Positions 8,048 to 15,820 of a DNA stretch of 25,374 nt are shown here, piece after piece. Both the position numbers and the translations under genes were made by a program. The stretch comes from a virus (Duplodnaviria; Caudoviricetes), in the IMG/VR virus record IMGVR_UViG_3300025777_000011, positions 1-25,374 of that record; one strand, written 5' to 3'. Under the pieces are notes generated by a model. The model worked only from the letters and a program-made list of their open reading frames with translations. It ran no database searches and had not been told where the DNA came from. Every line of letters begins with the position of its first letter. Position 1 is the stretch's first letter.

Positions 8048-8854
8048 ATGGATTCAATTAGACATATAGGGCTATTTGAGGGAATTGGAGGGTTTAGCCT
8101 CGCAGCGAATTGGATGGGTTGGAAAACTGTTGCGTGGTGTGAATGGAACGAGTTTGGACAAGAGATTTTAAAATATTACTTCCCGGAAGCAGAGGGATTT
8201 GGAGATATAACTAAAACAGACTTTACAAAATATGCAAACACTATTGATATTCTCACGGGAGGATTCCCATGCCAACCATACTCTGTTGCCGGCCTTAGAA
8301 AAGGCAAAGAGGATATACGCCACCTGTGGCCCGAAATGCTTAGAGCAATACGAGAAATTAAGCCACGCTACGTTATCGGGGAAAATGTTAGCGGCCTCGT
8401 TAATTGGAACAAAGGGATGGTATTCCACGAAGTGCAAACTGACTTGGAAGCTGAGGGGTACGAGGTCTGGCCGTATATACTTCCAGCTTGCGCCGTCAAC
8501 GCTGAACACCAAAGGGAAAGGGTCTGGTTTATTGCCCACGCCTTGCAAAAACCTTGGGGACTTACCATTCAGTCCAAAAACAATGGCAATCATTCAGGGG
8601 GGGGGCAAATCAAGAAAATCGGGAGCGAAAATTGGGAAGAGTTTGAACTGGCATCCAATAGCATTTCCACACTTACGGAATGGGCTAATAGACCCGCTAC
8701 TCCTGAATTTTATGATGGGATTTCCTCCCGACTGGACATTAACTCCTTTTTTAAATGGTCAAATAATGCCTACGGAAACGCTATCCAACCACAAGTAGCA
8801 TATCAAATATTTATAGCACTATCATCCTTAATTAACCCAAACCCACAACCATGA
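8048..8854 (+). CDS. C5-cytosine DNA methyltransferase, alpha-type chain (motifs I-VIII and X)
   Basis: LFEGIGG (I), GGFPCQ (IV), ENVSG (VI), QRERVWFI (VIII) and YGNAIQP (X). No motif IX in this frame. Confidence 0.9.
   Translation: MDSIRHIGLFEGIGGFSLAANWMGWKTVAWCEWNEFGQEILKYYFPEAEGFGDITKTDFTKYANTIDILTGGFPCQPYSVAGLRKGKEDIRHLWPEMLRAIREIKPRYVIGENVSGLVNWNKGMVFHEVQTDLEAEGYEVWPYILPACAVNAEHQRERVWFIAHALQKPWGLTIQSKNNGNHSGGGQIKKIGSENWEEFELASNSISTLTEWANRPATPEFYDGISSRLDINSFFKWSNNAYGNAIQPQVAYQIFIALSSLINPNPQP
8232..8798 (+). CDS. Overlapping +1-frame ORF, putative MTase beta subunit carrying motif IX
   Basis: 188-codon open frame nested in the MTase gene, containing GLLPTP and ending LIDPLLLNFMMGFPPDWT (motif IX-like). 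The true start is uncertain. Confidence 0.75.
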   Translation: MQTLLIFSREDSHANHTLLPALEKAKRIYATCGPKCLEQYEKLSHATLSGKMLAASLIGTKGWYSTKCKLTWKLRGTRSGRIYFQLAPSTLNTKGKGSGLLPTPCKNLGDLPFSPKTMAIIQGGGKSRKSGAKIGKSLNWHPIAFPHLRNGLIDPLLLNFMMGFPPDWTLTPFLNGQIMPTETLSNHK

Positions 8855-8991
8855 ATGAAGTAACCAAAACATTTAGAATCGGATTTGGCGTTATGGTTCC
8901 GACCATTGCCAAGCAGTTAACAAAAGACGGATACAAATTCAATGAAAAGATAAGCGAATTGGAAGAAGAAATTTCAAACCTTAAACCCTAA
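8851..8991 (+). CDS. Small hypothetical protein (46 aa, not in the ORF track)
   Basis: ATGA overlap with the MTase stop. MNEVTKTFRIGFGVMVPTIAKQL...NLKP* fills the gap to the next gene. Confidence 0.6.
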   Translation: MNEVTKTFRIGFGVMVPTIAKQLTKDGYKFNEKISELEEEISNLKP

Positions 8992-8994
8992 CCC

Positions 8995-9306
8995 ATGAGC
9001 CAATCTAAACAAGAACAACCGATATACCTATTCACCGAGGAGCAGCTGATGGAGTTGCTGTATGAACAAAATAGAGTATGTTTAATCGCATATGTAGACT
9101 CTATTGGACTAAATTATCATGCCCAATATGAAAGAATAAAAAACTGTAAGCACCCAGACCTCCCCCCCCCGTTGGTGATTCCGAGTGAGGAGGAGATAAG
9201 TATCAATGCTCACTTAATATTAAAATCTAAAGCATTTGGCAGGCATAAAGATTTTCACTCAGGCGCAACCTTTATTTTAACCCAAATATTAAACCAAGCA
9301 AAATGA
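8995..9306 (+). CDS. Hypothetical phage protein
   Basis: Operon packing; contains a C9 run at 9162-9170. Confidence 0.6.
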   Translation: MSQSKQEQPIYLFTEEQLMELLYEQNRVCLIAYVDSIGLNYHAQYERIKNCKHPDLPPPLVIPSEEEISINAHLILKSKAFGRHKDFHSGATFILTQILNQAK

Positions 9307-9518
9307 GCGACAAGAAAAGAGAAAGCGGATTCTATTGGGTAAAGTTTGACAATAGATGGTGTGTTGCTGAGTATCAACGGTTAACTACATTTTCAGTTAT
9401 TATGCAAGCAAGTTCAGACCAATCGTTTTGGACATTACCTGCCGATACTTACTGTTATTCAGATTCAGACTTCACCGAAATCACCTCACAAAAACTAAAC
9501 CCGCCGCATGAAAGCTAA
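9303..9518 (+). CDS. Hypothetical phage protein
   Basis: ATGA overlap; RESGFYWVK..W.VAEY pattern of small phage proteins. Confidence 0.65.
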   Translation: MSDKKRESGFYWVKFDNRWCVAEYQRLTTFSVIMQASSDQSFWTLPADTYCYSDSDFTEITSQKLNPPHES

Positions 9519-9870
9519 TGAACTGAGAATCGGAAATTATGTGAATAGGGTATATGCTCCTTATGGAAATAGAACGGGGCAGTCCTTTGTTGAAAAAATA
9601 GAGTCAGGAAATAGTATTGACAATTTAACCTTACCATCTTCATTCTGTGAGGGCATCCCGCTATCCGAGGAGTGGTTGGTGAGGTTCGGGTTTAAAGAAC
9701 CAGAAAGGGGATATGAAAGAGAGTTTTTCTATGAAGGATTTTTTTGTGTAAGAGAAAATAAACGCGATAAATCTATTTATTATTGGGGGGATGTAAGATT
9801 GCTATACGTCCACCAACTCCAAAACCTTTACTTCGCCCTGACAGGTCAAGAACTAACCCTTAACAACTAA
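9508..9870 (+). CDS. Conserved hypothetical Bacteroidota phage protein
   Basis: ELRIGNYV...IPLSEEWLVRFGF...YVHQLQNLYFALTGQEL pattern. Confidence 0.75.
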   Translation: MKANELRIGNYVNRVYAPYGNRTGQSFVEKIESGNSIDNLTLPSSFCEGIPLSEEWLVRFGFKEPERGYEREFFYEGFFCVRENKRDKSIYYWGDVRLLYVHQLQNLYFALTGQELTLNN

Positions 9871-9873
9871 ACT

Positions 9874-10038
9874 ATGAAAAACATTGAAGCAACATTTCAC
9901 CAATCAATCGCAGGAGATACGAAAGGACTTTATCTTATTCCGTCAATCAATATATTTTGGTCTGATTTCTACTTCCAACTTGAAATAGGTTGGCTATTTT
10001 GGGCAGTAGAAATTATCAGAGATAAGTCAATTTTTTAA
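9874..10038 (+). CDS. Small aromatic-rich hypothetical protein (54 aa, not in the ORF track)
   Basis: ATG lies 3 nt after the upstream stop; MKNIEATFHQ...LEIGWLFWAVEIIRDKSIF*. Confidence 0.6.
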   Translation: MKNIEATFHQSIAGDTKGLYLIPSINIFWSDFYFQLEIGWLFWAVEIIRDKSIF

Positions 10039-10041
10039 CTA

Positions 10042-10198
10042 ACCTCCGTTGAGGTAGAAAGCCCCGCTTGCAGGTCAATGGTATGCAAGCGGGGACATGT
10101 CATATGCGGAGGATATTAGCAACATTCTCCGCATTAATTAAGCCCTATCGGGTATAAATGCTTAATATTTTAAGCAAATAACCCCTTTCGGGTATAAA
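10042..10198. other. Hairpin and direct-repeat cluster at the convergence of both arms
   Basis: Inverted repeats at 10042-10055, 10062-10094 (11 bp perfect), 10104-10134 and 10159-10176. 16-bp direct repeat CCCTWTCGGGTATAAA at 10143 and 10183. Confidence 0.65.
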
Positions 10199-10208
10199 CT
10201 ATTACGCA

Positions 10209-10439
10209 TTACTGCGATACCTTCTCCGTATCGCTGTCATCCTCATACTCCTCCTGCACACTTATCAGCTTCAAATCATCGCCAGAATCAATACCTGGTA
10301 GCTTCATTTTAAGCACCTTCGCCAACGCTTTCGGGTAAGTCTTTTCTAACACGGCGTAGAACGGTTCGCTGTTTTCGATGTTGTCAATAATCTTTTTGGT
10401 AGATGACGGCTCGAATGTGAAGGTGTATATTGATGCCAT
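10209..10439 (-). CDS. Hypothetical acidic protein (76 aa)
   Basis: Likely start MASIYTF at 10439, giving TAATG coupling with the upstream stop. Confidence 0.6.
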   Translation of the reverse strand: MASIYTFTFEPSSTKKIIDNIENSEPFYAVLEKTYPKALAKVLKMKLPGIDSGDDLKLISVQEEYEDDSDTEKVSQ

Positions 10440-11743
10440 TACAGTAGTATTGATGATAGGTTTGCAATATTGCCATGTTCGGCATCCCATATAAACGCCT
10501 CAGCACCTTTTAGTCCCTGAACATATCCTTTAGCATAATGCCATGCGTCCGGTGCGCTCAAACTCCTTAATATCCTTACTTCAATTCCTTTATGGCTATC
10601 AAATGCAAGGTATTTCACATTACGCTTAGTATGATAATGTCCGAGGTGCCACTCTCTAAATTCCACATCATGCCATTCCTTTTGAGTTTCCCGCATCATG
10701 ATTAAGGGCAGGTCAGCATGTTTCTCATTATGCCCATGCGCGAAACCAATACCGCATTTACCAAAACGGTAATATTTCCGAACCTTCACGCTGTTATCAA
10801 CATGCACATTCGTATTGTTGCGGAAATAAGCACCCATAACCTCCGCAAGATAAAATCCGGTTTGCTCATCATGGTTCGAGGGGCAGTGCAAAATATCCAC
10901 CGGCGCAACCTTTGAAAGTATATCAGCAGTCTTTATAGCTACTTCCGAGCCTTTCCTAAACATCTTCTGCCAACGGCTATCGCTGTCCTGTCTTGTGCCG
11001 CCCGTAGTAGTTATCTGTAAATTATCGTAGTGGAAAAAATCATTCCCAATAGGGTAAAGTATCTTCTTTATTTTGTAGTTCGATGCCTTTTCGAGCAGAT
11101 CATAAACTGCGTTAAAATATCTTTCTTCGGCTATTGCCAAATCATAATCTTCGCCCGTTTCCGGTTCCCATGCAAGTTTGCCAAAGTGAGGGTCAAATAT
11201 GTCAATCTCCAATAACACACCATCGCTTTTATGATGGCTGTAAGTTTTGATAGCCGGGGATATTGCTTTAATTGAATCAAGTAATTCAGATTTGAATGCC
11301 TGTAATGATTTTTTAGGACGGCGAAACCATATTTTAACCTGGTAGTTGGTTGAGGTCATTATATTGTCGTTCTTTCCCTTCATTGTAACCTCCCAAGAGT
11401 TGAACACATGCCTTTCAACTTCCCATTCGTTTAGGTCAACCTTACTGAACGTTAATGCCTCTTGTAAGTTGGTTATCCGTTGGGTGCCTTTATACTCAAA
11501 CGTAGCCGAGTTATCGCTTACATCAAACTTCTTTTCGTGCTTTTCAGTTGTGGTATCTGTATTTTGCTCCTGTGGCTTATTCTTAGCCCGATTTATAGCG
11601 GTTCTAACTCTTTGGTGTAGTTTGCCCCATTCAGGACATTGCGCCTTAAATAACGGATGCAGCTTGTCAGTTATCTCTTTCGGAGTAAGCCCCTCTTTAT
11701 GTAATTGCTCAATCTGCTTAACAAGGTCTGTTTTCGAGGCCAT
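10439..11743 (-). CDS. Calcineurin-like metallophosphoesterase with N-terminal HTH-like region
   Basis: Metal-binding motifs DPHFG, GNDFFH, SNHD, AHGH and LGHYH. The start is more plausibly MASKTD at 11743. Confidence 0.8.
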   Translation of the reverse strand: MASKTDLVKQIEQLHKEGLTPKEITDKLHPLFKAQCPEWGKLHQRVRTAINRAKNKPQEQNTDTTTEKHEKKFDVSDNSATFEYKGTQRITNLQEALTFSKVDLNEWEVERHVFNSWEVTMKGKNDNIMTSTNYQVKIWFRRPKKSLQAFKSELLDSIKAISPAIKTYSHHKSDGVLLEIDIFDPHFGKLAWEPETGEDYDLAIAEERYFNAVYDLLEKASNYKIKKILYPIGNDFFHYDNLQITTTGGTRQDSDSRWQKMFRKGSEVAIKTADILSKVAPVDILHCPSNHDEQTGFYLAEVMGAYFRNNTNVHVDNSVKVRKYYRFGKCGIGFAHGHNEKHADLPLIMMRETQKEWHDVEFREWHLGHYHTKRNVKYLAFDSHKGIEVRILRSLSAPDAWHYAKGYVQGLKGAEAFIWDAEHGNIANLSSILL

Positions 11744-11759
11744 TGGGTTGGTTGAGTGA

Positions 11760-11803
11760 AGAAAAGAATAGGAACGGCACTCCTTACGGGTCATGCCGCC
11801 CTA
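11760..11803 (-). terminator. Possible intrinsic terminator after the lysis cassette
   Basis: Minus strand reads TAGGGCGGCA...TGCCGTTCCTA followed by TTCTTTTCT. Confidence 0.5.
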
Positions 11804-11813
11804 ACCAAAATGA

Positions 11814-12167
11814 TTACTTCGATGCCAACACTTTGATGTCCTTGTAATCAGCGATAACGTCCGCGATTACAGGAAATACTTTGCCAGCAAGGGCATCTTG
11901 TTCCGTCTTTTGCAGATCAGCAATAAGAACGGTTACTTTTTGATTACCAATTTCGGCGGCGATAGCATCAGCCAGTCCGAAAGAATCATCAATAATTTGA
12001 GCATATCCAGCTTTACCCGCAGCAGCCTGAGCAGCATTTGCCGCGCCAAGTGAAGCCGACACAGCCGCCTCAACCGATGCAACATCAGCCGGAAGTAAAG
12101 AAAAGATACCTGAAAGTAGTTTAGTTGAAGCGTCTACTATCGCTTGTTGGTTTGCAGTCAATCCCAT
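11814..12167 (-). CDS. Hypothetical Ala-rich helical protein in the lysis region
   Basis: 117-aa ORF co-oriented downstream of the endolysin. Confidence 0.65.
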   Translation of the reverse strand: MGLTANQQAIVDASTKLLSGIFSLLPADVASVEAAVSASLGAANAAQAAAGKAGYAQIIDDSFGLADAIAAEIGNQKVTVLIADLQKTEQDALAGKVFPVIADVIADYKDIKVLASK

Positions 12168-12188
12168 ATACTTGTTTAAATTGGTTAC

Positions 12189-12485
12189 TTACTTAATATT
12201 CAACTCGTAATTAATCAGGGTTGAAATGGTTGCCTGTTGTTCTGCTGTCAGGTCTTTAAAATCAATACTTATCTGCGACATTATGAGTGCCTTTGAGAAT
12301 CGCTCTCTGCGGCAAAACCTCTTACATATCCGTATGCGCCTGTCCATTACGCGCTGAACATGAATCGGTAGTTCTGCTGCTATCCATGCAATGATTTCGG
12401 GACTTAATTTCTCGATAACACCTGCCCATTCTCCAAGTGCGGTAAATCCTGCGGTGATGCTACTTTCGTATGGCGAAACTGTCAT
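12189..12485 (-). CDS. Hypothetical protein
   Basis: ATGA overlap with the endolysin stop. Confidence 0.65.
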   Translation of the reverse strand: MTVSPYESSITAGFTALGEWAGVIEKLSPEIIAWIAAELPIHVQRVMDRRIRICKRFCRRERFSKALIMSQISIDFKDLTAEQQATISTLINYELNIK

Positions 12486-12916
12486 TTGATAAGGTTTAAA
12501 TAGTGCTTCAATCCGTTCAAATAAATTTGCTCGTCAGCTTGGAAATAGTGATTCAGCTTTAACCGCCTAACATAAGTTTCAATGTCAGTAGCGTCAATCG
12601 GTCTGCCTTCGGTATTCCAGCTAAATTGAGCGTGAACAATACGGTGAAAATCATTAGCCCAATCCTGGGGTGTAGCAAAGTGCGCGTAGTGCCCCGTAGG
12701 ACTGTCAGCAATCGGCATCTTCGTTCCGCATGTGGCATTGCGCTGCCATCCCGCGTTAGCCCAACTAATGCCCGTGTAATTGTTATCTGCCAAAGCTACC
12801 GCACTATCGAAAGAAGTGCTGCCGGATTCGAAACACGCCTGAGCCAGTGCGAACTCTATTGAGTTGTCGGGGAACCCTGCCTCTTGTAGTAAATGTAAAA
12901 CGCCAGTTAAATTCAT
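12482..12916 (-). CDS. Endolysin, glucosaminidase (GH73-like)
   Basis: ALAQACFESG (catalytic Glu), NNYTGI, YAHFATP and YFQAD..Y motifs; adjacent to membrane-protein genes. Confidence 0.8.
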   Translation of the reverse strand: MNLTGVLHLLQEAGFPDNSIEFALAQACFESGSTSFDSAVALADNNYTGISWANAGWQRNATCGTKMPIADSPTGHYAHFATPQDWANDFHRIVHAQFSWNTEGRPIDATDIETYVRRLKLNHYFQADEQIYLNGLKHYLNLIK

Positions 12917-13176
12917 TTCTTCTCCTCCTCTTTATTTTCAACCTTCAATGATTCGGGCAGTATCGCTTCAAGGTGTGCCGCCATAACCGCCACTTCCTTT
13001 CGCCTGTTCTCAAGAATGTTTATCCGTTGCTCATGATTCGCAATCAATCCATCCTGCGTTAAATTCTTATCATGGTCTTGTTGCATCATGTTCCAAATAG
13101 ACGTAATGAACAACAATGCAATACCACGCCCTATCCATGTGATAGTTTCTTTAATCTCATTTATCTGTGTTGGCAT
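12913..13176 (-). CDS. Single-TM coiled-coil membrane protein (holin or lysis accessory)
   Basis: Hydrophobic WIGRGIALLFITSIW followed by a NHEQRINILE coiled coil; coupled to the endolysin. Confidence 0.6.
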   Translation of the reverse strand: MPTQINEIKETITWIGRGIALLFITSIWNMMQQDHDKNLTQDGLIANHEQRINILENRRKEVAVMAAHLEAILPESLKVENKEEEKK

Positions 13177-13426
13177 TGTCAGGGGTATTATCAGTTATCG
13201 AATCAGTATCTATTCCTATTACCTTATCCACGCCTTTTAAAAAACCCGCGAATGAGTTTACACACAATAGCAAAAAGGCTTTCATATCGCTTGATAAATA
13301 CTCCGTTGGTATGCCGAAGATTACTGGTGATACAAACAGCGTAACGAACAACACCAATACTGTTGTTACAAGTGTGAACTTGCCATTATTAGCTGTCCAT
13401 TGATTAAATCCTGCCTTGATTGCCAT
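13157..13426 (-). CDS. Putative holin (2 TM)
   Basis: Two hydrophobic segments and a polar C-tail; 89 aa; upstream of the endolysin. Confidence 0.6.
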   Translation of the reverse strand: MAIKAGFNQWTANNGKFTLVTTVLVLFVTLFVSPVIFGIPTEYLSSDMKAFLLLCVNSFAGFLKGVDKVIGIDTDSITDNTPDNANTDK

Positions 13427-13430
13427 ATCC

Positions 13431-13556
13431 TTACTTTATATAGTTTAACGTTGTTGGTATAAATCCTACTCTGTCGTTGAATCTTGGCAAAGTTGGGTCT
13501 GTATACCCATAATATAAGCCATCTTGTTTTTTCCGAATCCATAGTAGTTGTATCAT
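13431..13556 (-). CDS. Small hypothetical protein (41 aa, not in the ORF track)
   Basis: MIQLLWIRKKQDGLYYGYTDPTLPRFNDRVGFIPTTLNYIK* fills the gap between its neighbours. Confidence 0.4.
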   Translation of the reverse strand: MIQLLWIRKKQDGLYYGYTDPTLPRFNDRVGFIPTTLNYIK

Positions 13557-13566
13557 AGTATCAACC

Positions 13567-13899
13567 TTATTTCAATATAACCGCCAACGAATCGCGCAAT
13601 ACCCTATTCCAATTAGCTGATTTCGGATATACAACCCAAAGCAAACTATCAATAGAGGTATTATCCCCGTGTGCGTATAATTGTAATGGCTGCGATGAAA
13701 TTGTTAAGTATGTTCTGAACTTTGCGCTATCTCCATTTAGATAATTCTTCACCAAAGCATCGGCCCTAATTATGTTTTTTGGCCTCTCAACTATCAAGTT
13801 GTAAAGGGTGCTGTCTGGGTAGCATACGCGCCATTCAAATTTCTGTGCTGTTGCTTTTATATAAAAAACAGTAAGAATTATAAATAGTATTTTTCTCAT
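13567..13899 (-). CDS. Exported protein with Sec signal peptide
   Basis: [19 protein letters not shown]; ATGA overlap with the collagen gene. Confidence 0.75.
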   Translation of the reverse strand: MRKILFIILTVFYIKATAQKFEWRVCYPDSTLYNLIVERPKNIIRADALVKNYLNGDSAKFRTYLTISSQPLQLYAHGDNTSIDSLLWVVYPKSANWNRVLRDSLAVILK

Positions 13900-15245
13900 A
13901 ATGTTCTTACAAAGTTTATTGCTGACGGGGTTACATAAAAGTCGCTTGAACTTGCGTTTTTTGTATCTACGATTATTGTAATGGTATGAGTTCCTGCTGG
14001 AATAGAAAGCCCTGTATAAAGTGGTGGTGAAGCGGTAAATCCCAATAGCCCAATAGAGTTAACAAGTGAACTATTATATCCGTCAACTTTTGAAGCCAAT
14101 GTGGTCTGACCCGCCAAGCCATAGTCAAGTATAACATCAAACTTGCCTCTGTTGGGGTTTGTCTGATAACTAAGAAGCATTGAATAAGTGCCACCGCCAA
14201 AACTTCGCGTCCACGTAATGCCATCTCCATTGCTATGATTTGCATTATATATCTGCGCTGCATATGCTCCGCTCGTTATGCTTTGCCATACCCATGTAGA
14301 TGTAATCGTAGATGTGTAAGTTTGGTCTGCACAAACAATGATTATAGTTTCTCCAATATTGGCCGTTAAGTTAGCACCCGTTGCTCCCGTTACCCCTACG
14401 GCTCCAGTAGCACCCTGACTGCCAGTTGGCCCCGTTATGCCTTGAATCCCCTGCGAACCCGTTGCGCCAGCCAAACCAGTGGCACCAGTATTGCCATTAG
14501 CACCTGCACTTCCAGTAGCTCCGATTGCACCCGTAACGCCCTGTAAACCTGTTGCTCCATTATTTCCTGTTATACCTTGTGAACCGGTTGCGCCGGTAAT
14601 GCCTTGCAAACCTGTAACTCCAATCGCTCCTGTTGGGCCAGTGTTTCCGTTGCTGCCTGTATTGCCCGTGGCTCCCGTAACCCCCTGATTACCATTTGAA
14701 CCTGCTGCGCCTGTTGGCCCAGTAGCTCCTGTGTTCCCGTTAGTTCCATTTGATCCGTTTTGTCCTGTTACTCCGGTGGCTCCTGTCGGGCCTGTTATAC
14801 CATTTTGTCCTGTCGCGCCCGTTGCTCCCGTTGCACCTGTTACGCCTTGTGAGCCTGTTGCTCCTGTCGCGCCCGTTGCTCCCGTTGCACCTGTTACGCC
14901 TTGTGAGCCTGTTGCTCCTGTCGCACCCGTTGCTCCAGTGCCGCCACCCCCACCGCCTGAGTTATTCGCTAATATCGTCCGAAGATAAGCCAACAAGCCC
15001 GCCTGTGTTGTAAATTGAGCCGTTTGGGATGGTGTGAATATCAAACTATCATTACTATCATCGAACACTTTAACCCTGCTTAAACTCAAGCTATCAACGC
15101 GGGTGAAGTGCTTATTGATTGGTACCGTATATATCCCCGCCGACAAAGTTATCTTCGTTACGTTGCTATACCCGCTAAACTGCACGACCTGAGCCGAACT
15201 GAATAGGATTAAGAATAATAAGAGGGTTGATAGGGTGAAACGCAT
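13896..15245 (-). CDS. Collagen-like fibre protein with Sec signal peptide and C-terminal beta-sandwich (CBM-like) domain
   Basis: [19 protein letters not shown], a Gly linker, 63 uninterrupted Gly-X-Y triplets, and a C-terminal [23 protein letters not shown] domain. Confidence 0.85.
   Translation of the reverse strand: MRFTLSTLLLFLILFSSAQVVQFSGYSNVTKITLSAGIYTVPINKHFTRVDSLSLSRVKVFDDSNDSLIFTPSQTAQFTTQAGLLAYLRTILANNSGGGGGGTGATGATGATGSQGVTGATGATGATGATGSQGVTGATGATGATGQNGITGPTGATGVTGQNGSNGTNGNTGATGPTGAAGSNGNQGVTGATGNTGSNGNTGPTGAIGVTGLQGITGATGSQGITGNNGATGLQGVTGAIGATGSAGANGNTGATGLAGATGSQGIQGITGPTGSQGATGAVGVTGATGANLTANIGETIIIVCADQTYTSTITSTWVWQSITSGAYAAQIYNANHSNGDGITWTRSFGGGTYSMLLSYQTNPNRGKFDVILDYGLAGQTTLASKVDGYNSSLVNSIGLLGFTASPPLYTGLSIPAGTHTITIIVDTKNASSSDFYVTPSAINFVRTL
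14808..14936 (-). repeat. 54-bp tandem repeat (about 2.4 copies) in the collagen region
   Basis: Unit TCCTGTCGCGCCCGTTGCTCCCGTTGCACCTGTTACGCCTTGTGAGCCTGTTGC starts at 14808 and 14862, with a partial copy at 14916. Confidence 0.9.
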
Positions 15246-15820
15246 TAATATTGCTCGATAATGTAATCAATATAAAAAATGAAATACCCATGTCCGGTTG
15301 TGGGGTTAGCTGTTTGGGTGTAAAATGTTAACGGCTTATTGGCAAAAGTAATTGATTGAACATTTGATAGCGGCAAATTAAGAATAAACTGATTTGATGT
15401 TGGGTCTGTTATGTCTATGGCAGTGCTTGCATGCAGAGTATCGCCCATGAACAAACCGCTTAAATTTGAACTTACATAAGCAGTAGAATACATGTAGTAA
15501 GATGAAATATTGATAACGTGTATAAAATATCCCGCCCCCGGTGCAGCAATCAAAGTAACGGGCGAAGTATAGCTATTTAATATTTGCGATGAACTTATCG
15601 AATCTCTTACATGCAATATGCACCCACAAGGCGAAGTAACTACTGCACCTGTTGCGCTATGCCCCAATAATGCCGTAGCGGTTGTATCTACTTTGCGATT
15701 AGGCAAATAAAAGCTATCGGCAAATGAATGAGAACCGCGCACCACGGTAACATAATGCCCCGTATCGGCGTAGCTGAATAAGCTACAAAAAGAAATGAAT
15801 AATACAATGATTAATCTCAT
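15245..15820 (-). CDS. Virion-like beta protein with Sec signal peptide
   Basis: Likely start [18 protein letters not shown] at 15820 (ATGA overlap with the upstream stop). [18 protein letters not shown] resembles phage structural domains. Confidence 0.7.
   Translation of the reverse strand: MRLIIVLFISFCSLFSYADTGHYVTVVRGSHSFADSFYLPNRKVDTTATALLGHSATGAVVTSPCGCILHVRDSISSSQILNSYTSPVTLIAAPGAGYFIHVINISSYYMYSTAYVSSNLSGLFMGDTLHASTAIDITDPTSNQFILNLPLSNVQSITFANKPLTFYTQTANPTTGHGYFIFYIDYIIEQY

Noticed and set aside
161-8593. Minus-strand ORFs within the early arm (e.g. 161-511, 3319-3651, 8168-8593)
   Set aside because: They lie opposite well-supported genes and show no protein-like motifs.
10042-10140. 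tRNA gene in the convergent intergenic region
   Set aside because: The hairpins are serial, with no acceptor stem or TTC-containing T-loop.
13973-14263. Same-strand alternative-frame ORF inside the collagen gene
   Set aside because: No recognisable motif, unlike the nested MTase ORF, and the length is compatible with chance.
14479-15013. Plus-strand Pro/Val/Ala-rich ORFs (14479-14688, 14731-14988, 14750-15013)
   Set aside because: They are antisense shadows of the collagen Gly-X-Y codons.
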